Shown piece after piece: positions 11,864-25,024 of a DNA stretch of 64,000 nt. The translations under genes and the position numbers were made by a program. Within the stretch, counting starts at the first letter, position 1, and the number at the start of each line of letters is the position of its first letter. The DNA lies in the NCBI GenBank assembly GCA_017499595.2, contig CM039006.1, forward strand, positions 806,001 to 870,000, written 5' to 3'. The DNA comes from Psilocybe cubensis (lineage: Eukaryota). The notes beneath the pieces are model-generated. The model was not told the origin of the DNA, did no database searches, and worked only from the letters and a program-made list of their open reading frames with translations.

Positions 11864-13408
11864 ATGTCCGAAATAAGTGAGCCCCTCAATACTGCCCTTT
11901 TTTGAGCTGGTTGTTTATATACTGTCGGGTACAAGATTATAGCCTTTTTGGAGGAGCTGAAAGTCTTGATGAAGGCAGAACACCCCCCTCCAAGTTCAAC
12001 AGGGCACCACGACGGACATTCGCTGTCAACGAAGGAGATGAGAGTGTCAGAGACGAGTATGCATATACTGCACTTCCTCAGGACCCAAAGGACTTTCTAT
12101 GGTTGATGACGGAAGAACCACATCGTTCACGAAGGATGGCCATCATGAGGGCACACCCAGAGGTGCAGTCGAAATGTTTTGTGGGAGCGTCGCATTGCTA
12201 ACGGACACGTCAAACCAGGTCACCAAGCTCATGGGCCGCGAACCCCTGACAAAATACGTTGTACTCTTCGTCGTGTCCCTACAAGTGACCATTGCCATCC
12301 TTATGCGACACCACTCACCCCTCTCTCCCTTATTCATCTTCCTTGCTTACGCGATTGGGGGCACCGCTAATCACAATCTGTTCCTTGCTATCCACGAAAT
12401 CACGCACAACCTCGCCTTTCGCAGGATAGCACCAAACAAGATATTGGCAATTTTTGCCAATTTACCCATTGGCATTCCTTATTCAGCTGCGTTCAAGGTG
12501 TGTACGCAGTTAGGTTGCCTGAACAAGCACTGGAGACTGGAATAATGCATTTCAGGGATATCACATCGAACACCACAAATTCCTCGGCCAGGATGGCATC
12601 GATACGGACTTACCCACGAGGCTTGAGATTATTTGCCTCAACAACGTATTGGGAAAAGTGTTCTTTGCGTACGTGTCTAAGCGAACTAGCATTTCGAGAA
12701 TATTTTCACTAACTAACTGCGCGTTCCACATACAGGACATTCCAAATTCTCTTTTATGCCCTCCGGCCGACCTTTGTTCGTGCCCAGACTTTGACCTATT
12801 GGCACTTCCTCAACATCTTGGCTCAAGTAGTCTTCGACTACATGCTCGTCTCAACCTTTGGGACGAGGCCACTAATTTACCTCATCATGAGTAGCTTTTT
12901 TGCAGGGAGCTTGCATCCGTGTGCTGGCCACTTTATTGCAGAGCATTACCTTTGGGATGGTCTTGAGCAAGAGACATACAGTTACTATGGACCGTTAAAT
13001 ATCCTGGCTTATAATGTACGCCTGTCACTTCGTATTCACTAATGTTCATCCTAAACTCGTTTTACACAGGTCGGATATCATAACGAGCACCATGACTTCC
13101 CATCTATACCTTGGACACGCCTCCCAGCTTTGAAAGCTCTTGCCCCTGAATTTTACGATACTATACCTTCACATCCCTCCTGGCCCATGGTCATTGTGAA
13201 TTTCATTCGTGATAAAGAAGTTGGTATCTTCGCGCGTGCTAAGAGAATCGGCAAAGGACGAAGAATTGAAATCAGTGTTGCTGGCGGCCCTGGTGCAACG
13301 TCAGGCATCTCATGCAGTAAAATTGTCGACCTGGATGATGAAGCCATAGATCAAGAAATCGAATCGAGCTCGGAGGGGGATTTGACCGAGTCGGATAAAA
13401 GCGAGTAG
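11864..13408 (+). CDS. DES1: Sphingolipid (dihydroceramide) delta-4 desaturase
   Basis: N-terminal DFLWLMTEEPHRSRRMAIMRAHPEV. His boxes HEITH, HIEHH and HNEHH. Motifs SLHPCAGHFIAEHY and ETYSYYGPLN. Consistent GT-AG introns. Confidence 0.93.
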
Positions 13409-13849
13409 ATGCTGGGATTAGACGCAAAATACCCTACTAATTTGTGAGTATCATTCCTTGTATCTCTATTTGATTCTGAAAATTCCTTGTAATGCGCTCG
13501 GTCTCAGTTCACCTTTCGACCTTCGTTTCTTTGATTTGGGTGTTAACTATGGGTATTAACTCTAAGTTATTGACAGATGACGCGCGTTTTCAAAGTTATA
13601 AAATTCAATACATTACAAGCGTGTTAAATGCACCGATGTAAATGCATTAAAATAAATCAAGACTCCTGATCTTCAAGTTTAATCAACGAGTGCGAAAGTC
13701 GGTCATCTCCAGTTGGATTCCGAGTCAGCAATCAGTACGGTTACATGATTCTAGCAGATTGAATGGATTATTATAAATTATATATCCGCCGGATAAATCT
13801 GTCCGCCGGACAGCACGTGACCCACGTGACCACCGCGGTGGTCAGATTT

Positions 13850-14015
13850 GCCTGATTTAAGACACCACCGCGGTGGCATGATCAGGCAGCCATGTTCCAC
13901 CACCGCGGTGGCAGGATCAGGCAGCCATATTCCACCACCGCGGTGGCAGGATCAGGCAACCATATTCCACCACCGCGGTGGCAGGATCAGCCAACCTTGA
14001 GCCACCCCCGCAGTG
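13850..14015. repeat. 35-bp tandem repeat with palindromic core CCACCGCGGTGG (~4-5 copies, decaying downstream)
   Basis: Unit CCACCACCGCGGTGGCAGGATCAGGCAGCCATATT read directly. Confidence 0.9.
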
Positions 14016-14787
14016 ATTGACAACATCCAGCGGATTTCACCACTGGGTTGGAGGTCCAACAGATGTCAGGCCCGCCACTGTGGTTATGGCACAAAGCAGG
14101 CGTACACCACCACTCCAGTGATAGCCACTGACATGTTTATTCCGCCACCTCAGGGCTAACCATGATTATGTTGGCACAACCACTGAGGTTCTGGCAGGCA
14201 ACACCTTTCCCCTAGCATAGCAGTGGCTTATCTCCCCTTTGTGTGAATCACCAAGGTGGATGTCTCACAAATACATGTTGTAGCAGTTCACCACACGCTT
14301 CCAAGACACGGTAATTCCATTCACCTTAGATAACATATTTCACTGCACTGTTGTATCAATGTACACGATGAATTAACAGATTTCTACCCAAACATGTCAA
14401 AAATCTTTTATAAATATCACTACCATCACTCCAGTGGTGGATCTACACAAGTAATTCTCACCACAACAACGTCAACAAAGATAAATATATATATATAAAA
14501 TTGCTTTGACATCAGCATATCACCAAGTACCAGCCTTAGCATTTAGCTGGTGACGACTGGACAAGAGACTTGAAACTCCTCGTTTTCACATCGTCTCTAT
14601 CCCTTTCCTAACTAACAAAGTCGTCGAAGATGAGAGTTTAGCCTATTATTTATGTCCATGCTTGTTTACTACATAGTGCATTCCGTACATACAACTTCCC
14701 CCGGCTTGAGCCTTTGCACACACCCTGCTGATACCTCATGTGTCGGTTGGGGTGTTCCCTCACAAGAACCCTCCCTGGTTCTACCAG

Positions 14788-14970
14788 CATATCCCAGGAA
14801 AATGTTGAGATCAGGAAAATGCTGATGTCATCGCTGTGACCTCATCATATCCCTGGAATATGATGAGGTCACAGCGTTGACCTCATCATATCAAAAATGT
14901 TGAGGTCAGGAAAATGCTGATGTCACCGCTGTGACCTCATCATATCCCAGGAATATGATGAGGTCACAGC
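14788..14970. repeat. Duplicated ~95-bp unit, each copy containing an ~18-bp-stem hairpin
   Basis: GCTGTGACCTCATCATAT-7 nt-ATATGATGAGGTCACAGC at 14833-14875 and again at 14928-14970. Confidence 0.85.
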
Positions 14971-15199
14971 CATTACGCGTGCCTATTTTTGCCATCAGTC
15001 GGGGTACCCTACCCTAAAGTGTTGAGTACGTATGCCGACCTCTGACTTATGACTTTTTCTTTTCCCTCAACATTATATCATAGGGGCACACTAAGTATAC
15101 ACTACAGTTAGAGTATAATCCAGTATAATAGTTTAGTATACGTTACAAAGAATAATACCACTCCGGTTTAAAGTTAAAAGAAGTAAAATGGATTCCAAC

Positions 15200-16480
15200 A
15201 CAAGTGAGTAACTGCCAAAAAAAAGGTGTATGCTGGAATAATCCCAATGGAATAATCCCAAAAGCAGACACCCCTACCCGCTGCCAGTTCCTACGAATTA
15301 AGGAATACACATTTTTGACAAGGGTGGTATTCAAACCATTTGCGCATCATATACAGCAAGGACACCCCTTGTATGTAAGTAATTTTAACCATTAATCACC
15401 TTTGCAAAGCTTAATAACAAGCGCCCTCAGTCTCTCTCCCAGCGGATTGAAATGTACGAAACTTATTTAATCAGGGACAGCAATACAAACACTGCCAACA
15501 CGCGTTACCTGTTGGAATATCATGGGTCAAACATGGAGCCGCCACGGAAGGGTCCTTGCTACGACCTTGCCACTACTGCATTGGCACAGTATCGCCTAAT
15601 AGACCAGGTTTGCATGACCCCTTCTGTAATGGGTTTAAATGGAATTTTGCCTGTCAATGTGAATGCAGCAAAGTCCCGCTCTTGGACAGAACAAATGGTT
15701 CAAGGTTTCAAGGTAAAATCCTTGTGCGAAGGAAATATATTCCATTGCTCACCAATGCTGTACCATACTACAGGGTTGGGACAAACTATGAAACTGGCCG
15801 TCTACACTCAAGACTGCCAGAGAAACTTTGATAAATTACTGCGAGAGAACAACAGCAACACAAACACCAGCAAGCGCGTCAATGGCCATCAGGTTATTGT
15901 TAGCCTTGGCTCAAACAAATGTGTCGAGAAATTATTCAAACATAATCGGTAACTTTGAAGCGGCAGCCCTGCATCTAGCGGCTTTAATGGAAATGGATGG
16001 CGAACAGTTGCACCCACCAAATATGGAGAATGACCTGGCAGTCGTGTTGCAAAGGCTGAGCAACAACGATCGCACTCTGCCTATCCATGGTCAGGTCCAA
16101 GCACTTCTGACAAAATAGTGGAGTCGTAATGTCCGCGTACCTCTGCAGCTCGCGTTGCTGATCTCCCTGCTTTACCTCTTCAACACTACTTGTCTGTACA
16201 AAAGGGCCGTGAGCCAGGTTGACTTGTGGCAAATATGCGTATCCTCAGGGAATGACAAACCGGCCCTATTAATCAAGGTAGAAACAGCGGTGTGGAGTGC
16301 AATTTGAAACATAGCCCGTCATGGGGACGCAGTCTAGGAGCTTATCAAATTAGTTTCATCACCAGAATGGATGCAGTGGGAATGTACACCTTTAGGACAT
16401 GTTGCAGTCCGTTATTTTGATTGTAAATGCCCGACAGTAACGGCTTGGGAACCTTCGTTGAAACCCAGGTTGGTGGGAAA
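15200..16480 (+). pseudogene. Decayed coding sequence of unknown family inside the TIR element
   Basis: Consecutive protein-like segments (15452-15952, then 15950-16440) are interrupted by a frame change and in-frame stops (e.g. LLTK*WSRNVRVPLQLALLIS). No DDE motif recognised. Confidence 0.4.
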
Positions 16481-16531
16481 CTGTGGATTTTCGCGCGTCC
16501 TAAGAAAGATGCGGCAATTGGATTCGCGGCA

Positions 16532-16922
16532 GATGTATGTCTACCCACCACCGCAGTGGTATGGCAGATGTATGTCTACCCACCACCGCGATGGTACAGC
16601 AGATGTCTACCCACCACCGCGATGGTACAGCAGATGTATGTCTACCCATCACCGCGGTGGTACGGCAGATGTATGTCTACCCACTACCGCAGTGGTACGG
16701 AAGATGTATGTCTACCCACCACTGCAGTGGTACGGCAGACGTATGTCTACCCACCACCGCAGTGGTACGGCAGACATATGTCTACCCACCACTGCAGTGG
16801 TACTGTCTATCCACCACCGCAGTGGTACAGCAGTGGTACTGTCTACCCACCACCGCGATGGTACGGCAGATGTATGTCTACCCACCACCGCAGTGGTACG
16901 GCAGACATATGTCTACCCACCG
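16532..16922. repeat. 35-bp tandem repeat (~11 copies)
   Basis: Unit GATGTATGTCTACCCACCACCGCAGTGGTACGGCA, with a few internally deleted copies. Confidence 0.92.
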
Positions 16923-16949
16923 TTGTTTTTCCACCACCAAAGATGATGT

Positions 16950-17086
16950 TTTTGAAAACATATGTTTGGTTTTGGAAAACATAAAACATATTTTCAACAT
17001 ATGTTTTTGAAAAAACATGTTCAACATATGTTTTTTGAAAACATGTTCAACATATGTTTTTTGAAAACATGTTCAACATATGTTTT
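16950..17086. repeat. AT-rich ~26-bp tandem repeat
   Basis: Unit AAAACATGTTCAACATATGTTTTTTG, about 3 good copies plus degenerate ones. Confidence 0.85.
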
Positions 17087-18922
17087 ATGTTATGTTGTTC
17101 TTAAAAACAGTTGTTTTTCACAAAATATATGTATGTATTAAGAACTTTTTTTTCTATATATACTGATGGTTATTGTAGAAAGGTAATGGAAATGGGGTCT
17201 AAAGGTCCAAGAGAGCAGTGACAGCAGGTATATACAAGAATAGATGTGTAACACAACAAGAAAACATTACGAAAACATGTCCAAGAAAATAACGTTATGA
17301 AAGAATATGAGAACAGGGTAACATAACAAAAAACAAGTTACAAAACATTGATCAAGGGAGATGTAGCAGCGCTCGTTGATAAATAGGGGGACTTGTTTGA
17401 CGACCGTTTGAGTATTGATATGGCTGAGGGGCGAAAGTTAGAAAACCAAGAAAAAAAAAGAGAGATACAACATAACATCGTTACCTTCTAGCGATTCGCG
17501 CGAGTCGATTGAGCGGGAAATAGTTGTTTGGGGGAGATTAGACAGGCGGGGTATTGATGTCTAGAGAAAAGTGGCCAAAATTAAAAAAAAAGAAAAAGAC
17601 AAGAAAAATCGGCCTAACCAGCCTGAAATTCGTGCGAGTATGGCGCAGGGAATTTGCGCGAGTTGACGACGGACGGCGCAGGAGCAAGTGCAGGAGTGAT
17701 AGAATCTGTAGGAAATAAGGATAAGTTGGACAAAAAAGGGAGACTTACCTTGAGGAAGGGTATCCAACTCAACATCCTGTTCCACTCTTTCCAGACTAGC
17801 CACAAACTCAGAAAAGGTTTGGATAGGTTCTCCACCCAAGTACTTGAGGATGCCATTGAAAAACCACAAGGAGAGGTAACCCAACCCCCCAAATAAAAAG
17901 ACCAGAAGAATACCCAGACAGTAGGTGATATTCAAGAGCCAGAGCTTCAGATACTTCTTAACATAGATATAGAAGTTGATGAGCATGATGAAAGACATAG
18001 TAAAAGGTAGGGAGATGGTGGTGGATGGCAGTGGATGGTGGTGGTTGGAGATGAAGAGACTGCGAGAAAAAATCTAGCAGCTGAGTTGAATTTATAGAGG
18101 GCAATAGTAAATGATAACAAATGAATGCAGGTACATAGAAAAATATGGTTTTGTGTGAAATACATGTACTGTGAAAGAAAGTCATTCAACAGGCCTTACA
18201 CCCATGAGCTCCTAACTGATATATTGTGGTTTACTTGACTAGTATACTAGTAGAATAAAAGGGTAAAAGCCACAGACGCGCACTTCAAAATATTATCATA
18301 ACGAGACTGCGCTAGTGCGCAGTCTTTTCATAGACGCGACTCGTTACGTTACATGTTGTACCAGTCGCGTTCGACGTTAATATATCTAACAAGTTTGCTC
18401 AAAATGTTTTATTGCTATCTAATCTACGCGATGTACTGAGAATACACGGTATGTGCAGTAAGTCACGTGCCCCTGTCCGTCCGCCGGATGTCCGCGCGTC
18501 CGGCGGACACAGTAATCCAGTCGGTCTCGATTCTAGATATCACCAATTTTACAAAGACCTAGCCATTCGGTGAAATGCCGGGAGCAGCCTAGTACTCGCC
18601 AATTTTTCGCTTAGGATGATAATGTGCATTGTGCTGCAAGTCTCGAAGCCTGGAACGCCGACCTCCAACCTCACAGACAGGAACCGCTACCTTGCCAGGC
18701 TTGCCTTGCTGTCTCGCGTTATCTTTCGTTTGCGTATGAAAGTGATCGATAATATTCTTTTGCTATATTTAGCCAATTGATTACGGCATGCCGATCGCGA
18801 TCGATGTTGGTCTTGGAAGCGCATGCGACATGCCGACCGTATCTCTGTATTAATACTACACCCTCTCCTGTTTCCCCCATCACAGAATCCCAGTCTCTAA
18901 GAACATCCTTTATCCATAGGTA

Positions 18923-20547
18923 ATGGCCGCTGCATATCCAGCAAATACAAGTCCAAAGAAGAAGTCGGTGGTGGTGATAGGAGCCGGTGAGTGTTTCACT
19001 TTTTTCAATCAGCGAGCGACGCGTTCGACTTGAGAATGCGCCTCTGCGTCCTGAATCTTGATGTCTGACCCTCGCTCTTGGCTTCCTCCACTTGCGTTAT
19101 CTCATTCGGATGAATAGGTGTTATTGGGCTCACTACTGCCCTGAAGCTGCAGAAACATGATGATTATCAAGTTACTGTCGTGGCGGAAATAATCCCGAGC
19201 GACCCCAAATCGATCAAGTACACCAGTCGGTGGGCGGTATGTTGTCATGGGCTGTCCTTCGAATTTGAACTCAACTAAATTGGATTGAAAGGGTGCACAT
19301 CACGTATACAACCCGATAAATGACACGGAGCAACACTGTCAGTTTGTCTATCGTGGTCGCATTTTGAAATCAGTGTACTGATTGTCAAGGATGTACCACA
19401 GTTTTTGAAGAGGAGACGTTTAAAGTTATGTGGGAACTATCTGAGCCAGGGAATGACGCCGAAGAATCATTTCTGCGGATACCGCAGACGGAGTACTTCT
19501 TTGTGGAGCGGCCAAAGCCAGAACCTCTCGAGAAGATGCCTCACGTAAGTCATATCAGAGGATAACCACTATCCGGAGAGCAATTGATGTAGTTATATTG
19601 ACTGTCCCTAAAAGTTCAGATATCTAAAGCCTGAAGAACTTATCCCAGGAGCTGTATCTGGTTGTACATTCACTACAGTCTCAATAGACGTCCCGATCTA
19701 CCTCAACTATCTTCTTACACGATTTCTGGGCGCCGGTGGGCGCATCATGCGCGGCTCACTCCTACATATCAGTCAAATTCTAGAAGGCGGCACGAGCTTG
19801 TTTGCAGGTGGCAGCCATCTCGATGCGCTGCCTGACGCGCTCGTAGTTTGTGCTGGTATCGGCGCTCGGTTCCTTGGAGGTGTGGAAGATAAAAACATAT
19901 ATCCCGTACGAGGGCAAACAGTGCTCATTCGTGCACCATGGGTTCGATTCGGGAGGTCGGAAACGCTCGACGAGAGCGGGGCGTGTACGTATATTATCCC
20001 GCGAAGGAGCAGCGATGTACGTTACATTTTGTTGTATCGCTGCTTGGTCCTTTTGAGATTTTTGCGGCAATTATAATGTCGGTTGATACTAACTCATATA
20101 TTACTTAGGTCATAGTTGGCGGTACGAGAGGTATCGACGATTGGTATCCTCAAGCTCGGCCAGAAATTACTGAAGATATCTTGAAGCGTGGTCTCGCCCT
20201 CTGTCCTGAGCTTGCACCTCCAGAGGTACGTGCAGTTCGAAAGCCTACACTAGACGATCTCCTGTCGCATGTTGTGGGCCAAGGATGTGGGCTACGGCCT
20301 GCTAGGAAGGGCGGTTTCAGATTGGAACTAGAATGGTTTGATGGTAAGAAGGTTAAAAGGGATGATAGAATTCCTATTATTCATAATTATGGGTGAGCCA
20401 CATCGCTTTCAGTACACTAAGAGGGTTGATTGATTAGTTGGTCCTGGTCAAAGACATGGTGGTTATGGTTATCAGGCCTCTTGGGGGTGTGCCGATAGAG
20501 TTTTGGAAATATTATCCAGCGCCCTGGCAAATGTAACGAAGCAGTGA
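18923..20547 (+). CDS. D-amino-acid oxidase / D-aspartate oxidase family flavoprotein, copy 1
   Basis: FAD-binding VVVIGAGVIGLTTA, YTSRWAGAHH, YPVRGQTVLIRAPW, YIIPR, GLRPAR and IHNYGHGGYGYQASWG across GT-AG introns. Confidence 0.92.
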
Positions 20548-20903
20548 TTGTGAGTAATCCTTTCGTTCGTATAAATTTTTTTATTCATTTTTTGCCCGAT
20601 AAGACTTTATCCAATCACTATATTAACTATGGCCTACACATTTTCACATCCCTACTTGCCGTTTTCTATTCCATTGTATTATGTCTATATCTAAATCTTT
20701 TGACCTATAACATTGATCTCCCAGGGTACTTCTGGTACTTTCCAATGCACATCGTGTTCCATTCCCACGATTTTTTGTCGATAAAATAGAACAAAGGCAC
20801 GCCCTGGAGAATCATGCGCTATAATTACAGGTCATGAGGATCACAAGATGCCTATCACAATCGCTTCACGAACGTTGAACATCCATAAGCAAAGTTGCGT
20901 TGA

Positions 20904-22419
20904 ATGGCTGATATCCCAGAAGAAAAGAAGAAGGTCATTGTTCTCGGTGCAGGTGCTCGTGTTCACGCTTTTCATATCTTATCACTGCTTTGGCTAACTG
21001 CATACTAGTTCAGGTGTCATTGGTCTGACCACGGCCTTGAAGATTCAGGAGAAAGGATGTTACCAGGTTGAGATCATCGCAGATGTCCTTCCTTCGGACC
21101 CTAAGACTGTCAGATACACGAGCCATTGGGCGGTACGGGTCAAGCAATAATGTCTATGTGTTGTATGATGGCTTAAATGCAATGACTTTTACTCCTAGGG
21201 CGCGCATTATGTTAGCTACCATCCCACTGGAACTGAAGAAGCAGGTGGGGAAATTCCTATACTTAATCAGCGCTTACTGACCCCGATGGAAAGAAATTGA
21301 CCATACAACATTCCTCGAGATGTGGGCTCTCTCAGCGCCTGGAGGTGATGCCGAAGACTGTTTCCTTCGCTTATCTCAAACAGAATACCTGGAAATGGAA
21401 CAAGGCAAGCCGAGTCCCTTTGAACGTATGCCTGGGGTGAGTCTCAACGTTAAGCTTCGGGACGATTTTTCGAAGGTTATCAATGCATCGCCTCAGTTCA
21501 GAGAAGTTCCGAAGGAAAAGCTCATACCCGGAGCTAACTACGGGTATACCTTTGAAACAGTCACGATCGATGTGCCCTTGTATCTAAAGTACTTAACAAA
21601 GCGAGTCGTGGAGGCAGGAATCAATCTTGTAAAGGGGTATGTGCAGCATATTGACCAAGTCTTGGAAGCCGGGACCTGGCCATTTCGGGAGGATAACATT
21701 TCAAAGGATCCCATTTCGAAGACTTCTGCGCTCGAATCAGCCCCAGATGCTGTGATAGTTTGTGCTGGACTGGGAGCCCGTTTCCTCGGTGGGGTAGAAG
21801 ACCTTTCTGTGTACCCCTCACGCGGCCAAACTGTCCTTTTGCGCGCACCTTGGGTCCGTTTTGGTTGCTCACTAGAAACCGGTGACACCTGGACATACAT
21901 CATTCCGAGGAAGAGCGGGGATGTGGTTGTAGGAGGGATACAAGATATTGATGATTGGTATGTTCTATGTGCCTAAACTTTGAACCTAACTGTAGTCAAT
22001 TGTTTTTTCTTGTCATTTATCTCTTTCCTCTTACAGGAATCCAAAACCCCGACCCGAAACAAGGCAGGATCTTTTGACGAGGGGGTTGTCGTTATGCCCT
22101 CAGCTAATCCCGCCCGAGATTAGAGGAGACGTCCAAACATCGGATGTAAATACCCTCATCCCCTTAATTGTTGACGAAGGATGTGGGCTGCGCCCCATGA
22201 GAAAAGGTGGCCCGCGTAGGGAACTGGAATACCGGATAGCAAGGGGAAGTGGAGATAGAATCCCTGTTATATACAACTATGGGTGAGTAGTTGTAATCAG
22301 TTGCTAAACTTGAATGAAACGCCATTTTGCTGATACAAAGTTGAAGGCACGGGACGCAAGGTTTCATTCAATCTATTGGCTCTGCCAAAATGGTGCTACG
22401 CTTGTTGGAAGAGGCGTGA
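20904..22419 (+). CDS. D-amino-acid oxidase family flavoprotein, copy 2
   Basis: VIVLGAGVIGLTTA, YTSHWAGAHY, YPSRGQTVLLRAPW, YIIPR, GLRPMR and YNYGHGTQGFIQSIG. Most intron positions are shared with copy 1. Confidence 0.9.
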
Positions 22420-22788
22420 TTCGTACCTAACATCGAGAACCCTCTCGGTTTAATTGGCATATCTATGACCAGGTTTTCGCCGCTTTGAAGTGATTTCATG
22501 TGCTTCAAATTAATGCAAAACGATATCACCCGGAGCTATAAGGGAGCCGTTCTCACCTACACCAATATCATGTTTGACAAAATTCGATGCTTCTGGGGTT
22601 TGGATGTCCGGTTTTAGCGGTTTAGCCGTACGTATATCAATACCGCAGGGCCTGGTCTTTGAGTTTTTTCAATCTTACATACTTACCAATCTATTAAGTA
22701 TACCCAACAAGACCTTAGGGGAAGGTACAGTGGTTTTGTTCTTCATTATTTAGCAGATTGCCGCGCTCGGGACTTCATCATTCCATCC

Positions 22789-25024
22789 ATGACGACAGGT
22801 ACGATGTTGGACGATTCGGACAATGTCAAGAAACCCGGGTCTTTAGGGAGACAAGCGGTTGGCTCAGAGTCAGTTCCATTGAAAGGCGAATCTTTCGAGG
22901 ACACGGCTGCAAATGTGAATGAAGGCACATTTAGAAAACTGCTACAGAGGCTGACAGAACGACTGTCCAAATGGGGTGTTGAAACCGAAGGGTCAGTTCA
23001 AGGTTATACACGTTTCGAATCAAAAAACTAACCTATGGTAGTGTTGCTCCAATTCCAATAAACAAGCGCACAGATACTCGTATCTATCAGATGTTTTGGC
23101 TTTGGTTCTCTGCCAATTCCAATGTCCTCGCATTCAGTACAGGAAGCGCAGGTCCTGCGTTCTTTGGATTGAACTTGAAATACTCTGTGCTGATATTGCT
23201 GGTGGTTAATATCTTGTAAATACCAATATCTCGTTATGATCATAAATCAGGGCTAAATTCTTTACCTCAGAACTTGTGCAATTCCTGCATACTTGTGCGT
23301 GTCTACTATGTCCCAAAGTCGTTTTGCCCGGACACGCTCACCCTCTTTCTTCTTCAGTGTCGTTCTTGGTCCAAAACTTGGTATGCGAGGCATGGTACAT
23401 GCCCGGTTCTCTTGGGGGTCAGTAATGCTTAAGGCTCTTAATTAGCTAACGTTAAGTTTTCACGATGATACGTAGGTTGTACGGTGCCATAATTCCAAGC
23501 TTTCTCAACGTCATATCAACCTTGGGATCCTTGATACTTAACTGTATCATTGGTGGGCAAATCCTTGCAGCGATATCGACTAAATTGGATTATAATGTCG
23601 GTATCGTTATCACATCCGGTACTTCTCTGGTGGTGCGTTGCTTAGTTAACAGTACTTTGAGTAGACAAAAAATTTACTCTATTGACAGGTTACGTTTTTT
23701 GGTTATCGTGTCATGCATTGGTGAGGGGTATTTTGAGCGTAATATCAGTTCCATCGATCCTATGTAAAACTATAGGTTCGAGAGCTTCGCCTGGGTTCCT
23801 GCTGTCATTACCTTCCCCACCTTATTAGGCCTCGCAAACAAACATTTGAACCCTTCCACTATGCCCTCCCTCCCTACTCCATCAGCCTCAATGATGCTAT
23901 CTTTTGCATCATTTGTAGCATCGGGGGTCGTCAGTTGGTGCACCATTACTCCTGATTACGGGGTATACCATGACCATAACGGGTCAGCGTAAGATTACAA
24001 ATTTCCAATGCTTCAATCCGCCTTGGCTCACCTGACTTTCTGAAGCTTCAAAATATTTCTGTACTCATACTTTGGATTTCTGCTCCCAAGTGTTGGTCAT
24101 ATCGTCTTTTGAAACCTGCAGTTGCACCCTCATACTTGTCTATCGATTTATAGGTCGCATGGGGCATGATGGGTGCAGCATTTGCGGCGGCAGAGCCTGG
24201 AATTCCATCATGGAAGGAAGGGTATGACAACGGCAACGACCTCGGTGGCCTCCTTGGTTCCGTTCTCTCTCCCACAGGTGGATTTAGTAAAATTTTACTT
24301 GTACTAGTGACGTTCGGTATAACTTGCGCAACAGCGCCTATTATGTATACATTTGGTAAGTTTATATTGCTGCCCAATGGGTACCAGTTCCATTTCGCAT
24401 TCTATGTTGAAATGCCCAGTATTCATATTTGACAATATCCATTGGTTGTCAGGCACTAGCTTTATGTCAATAACCCCTGCGTTCAGTCGTATTCCAAGAT
24501 TTGTTTTTTCCATCGTATCCGAAATAATGTGCGGCGCGTCACCAACGTCACTTGCTAATGCTATATCTTATACTAACAAGCAATTCAGCCTTTTACCATT
24601 AGCTATAGTCGGCGCCAGAAGATTCTACAGAGCGCTTGTTGACATTCTGAGTAAGTATTTTTTTCATTCACCAAGACCCTTTGGACTTATCAACCTTTTA
24701 TTCATCATAGGCGTGATCGGATACTGGTCGACCTCGTTCGGTACAATCGTTTTGATTGAACATTTTGTTTTCCGAACCTCTTTTCAAAGCTATGATATAG
24801 AAAGATGGGATAAAGCCGAACTCTTACCCCCTGGCATTGCAGCCGTTATTGCCTTTCTGGGGTCGCTTGGGATAATCATTCCTTCAATGCAGCAAACATG
24901 GTACACTGGTCCCATCGCCGCTTCCGGTACTGGTGACATTGGAGTGTTTACTGGGGCAGCAGTTACAGTGCTGCTATACACGCCTCTGAGGGCAATTGAA
25001 CGGCGGATATGGCCCGGAAGGTAA
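22789..25024 (+). CDS. NCS1 (Fcy2/Tpn1-like purine-cytosine permease family) transporter, copy 1
   Basis: WLWFSAN, GPKLGMR, RFSWG, WCTITPDYG, IEHFVFR and QTWYTGPIA..G.GDIG motifs. Many hydrophobic segments. Intron-rich. Confidence 0.88.

Larger units (their letters stand above)
13755..18528. mobile_element. Non-autonomous TIR DNA element (~4.8 kb) with 8-bp TSD (hAT- or Zisupton/KDZ-type; superfamily not resolved)
   Basis: Direct repeat GATTCTAG at 13747-13754 and 18529-18536. Imperfect TIR CAGATTGAATGGATTATTATA versus GAGACCGACTGGATTACTGTG (14/21). Shared sub-terminal TCCGCCGGA and GCACGTGAC motifs. Interior is made of repeat arrays and a decayed ORF. Confidence 0.75.

Noticed and set aside
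13850-16922. CRISPR-like appearance of the palindromic 35-bp arrays
   Set aside because: Eukaryotic context, near-identical units without unique spacers in the well-preserved parts, and no cas genes.
16371-17010. Three overlapping ORFs with repeating peptides (MYVYPPPQWYGRC...), superficially like a repetitive RiPP precursor
   Set aside because: They arise from a 35-bp repeat that is not a multiple of 3, so all frames cycle through the same peptides. No signal peptide or KR sites.
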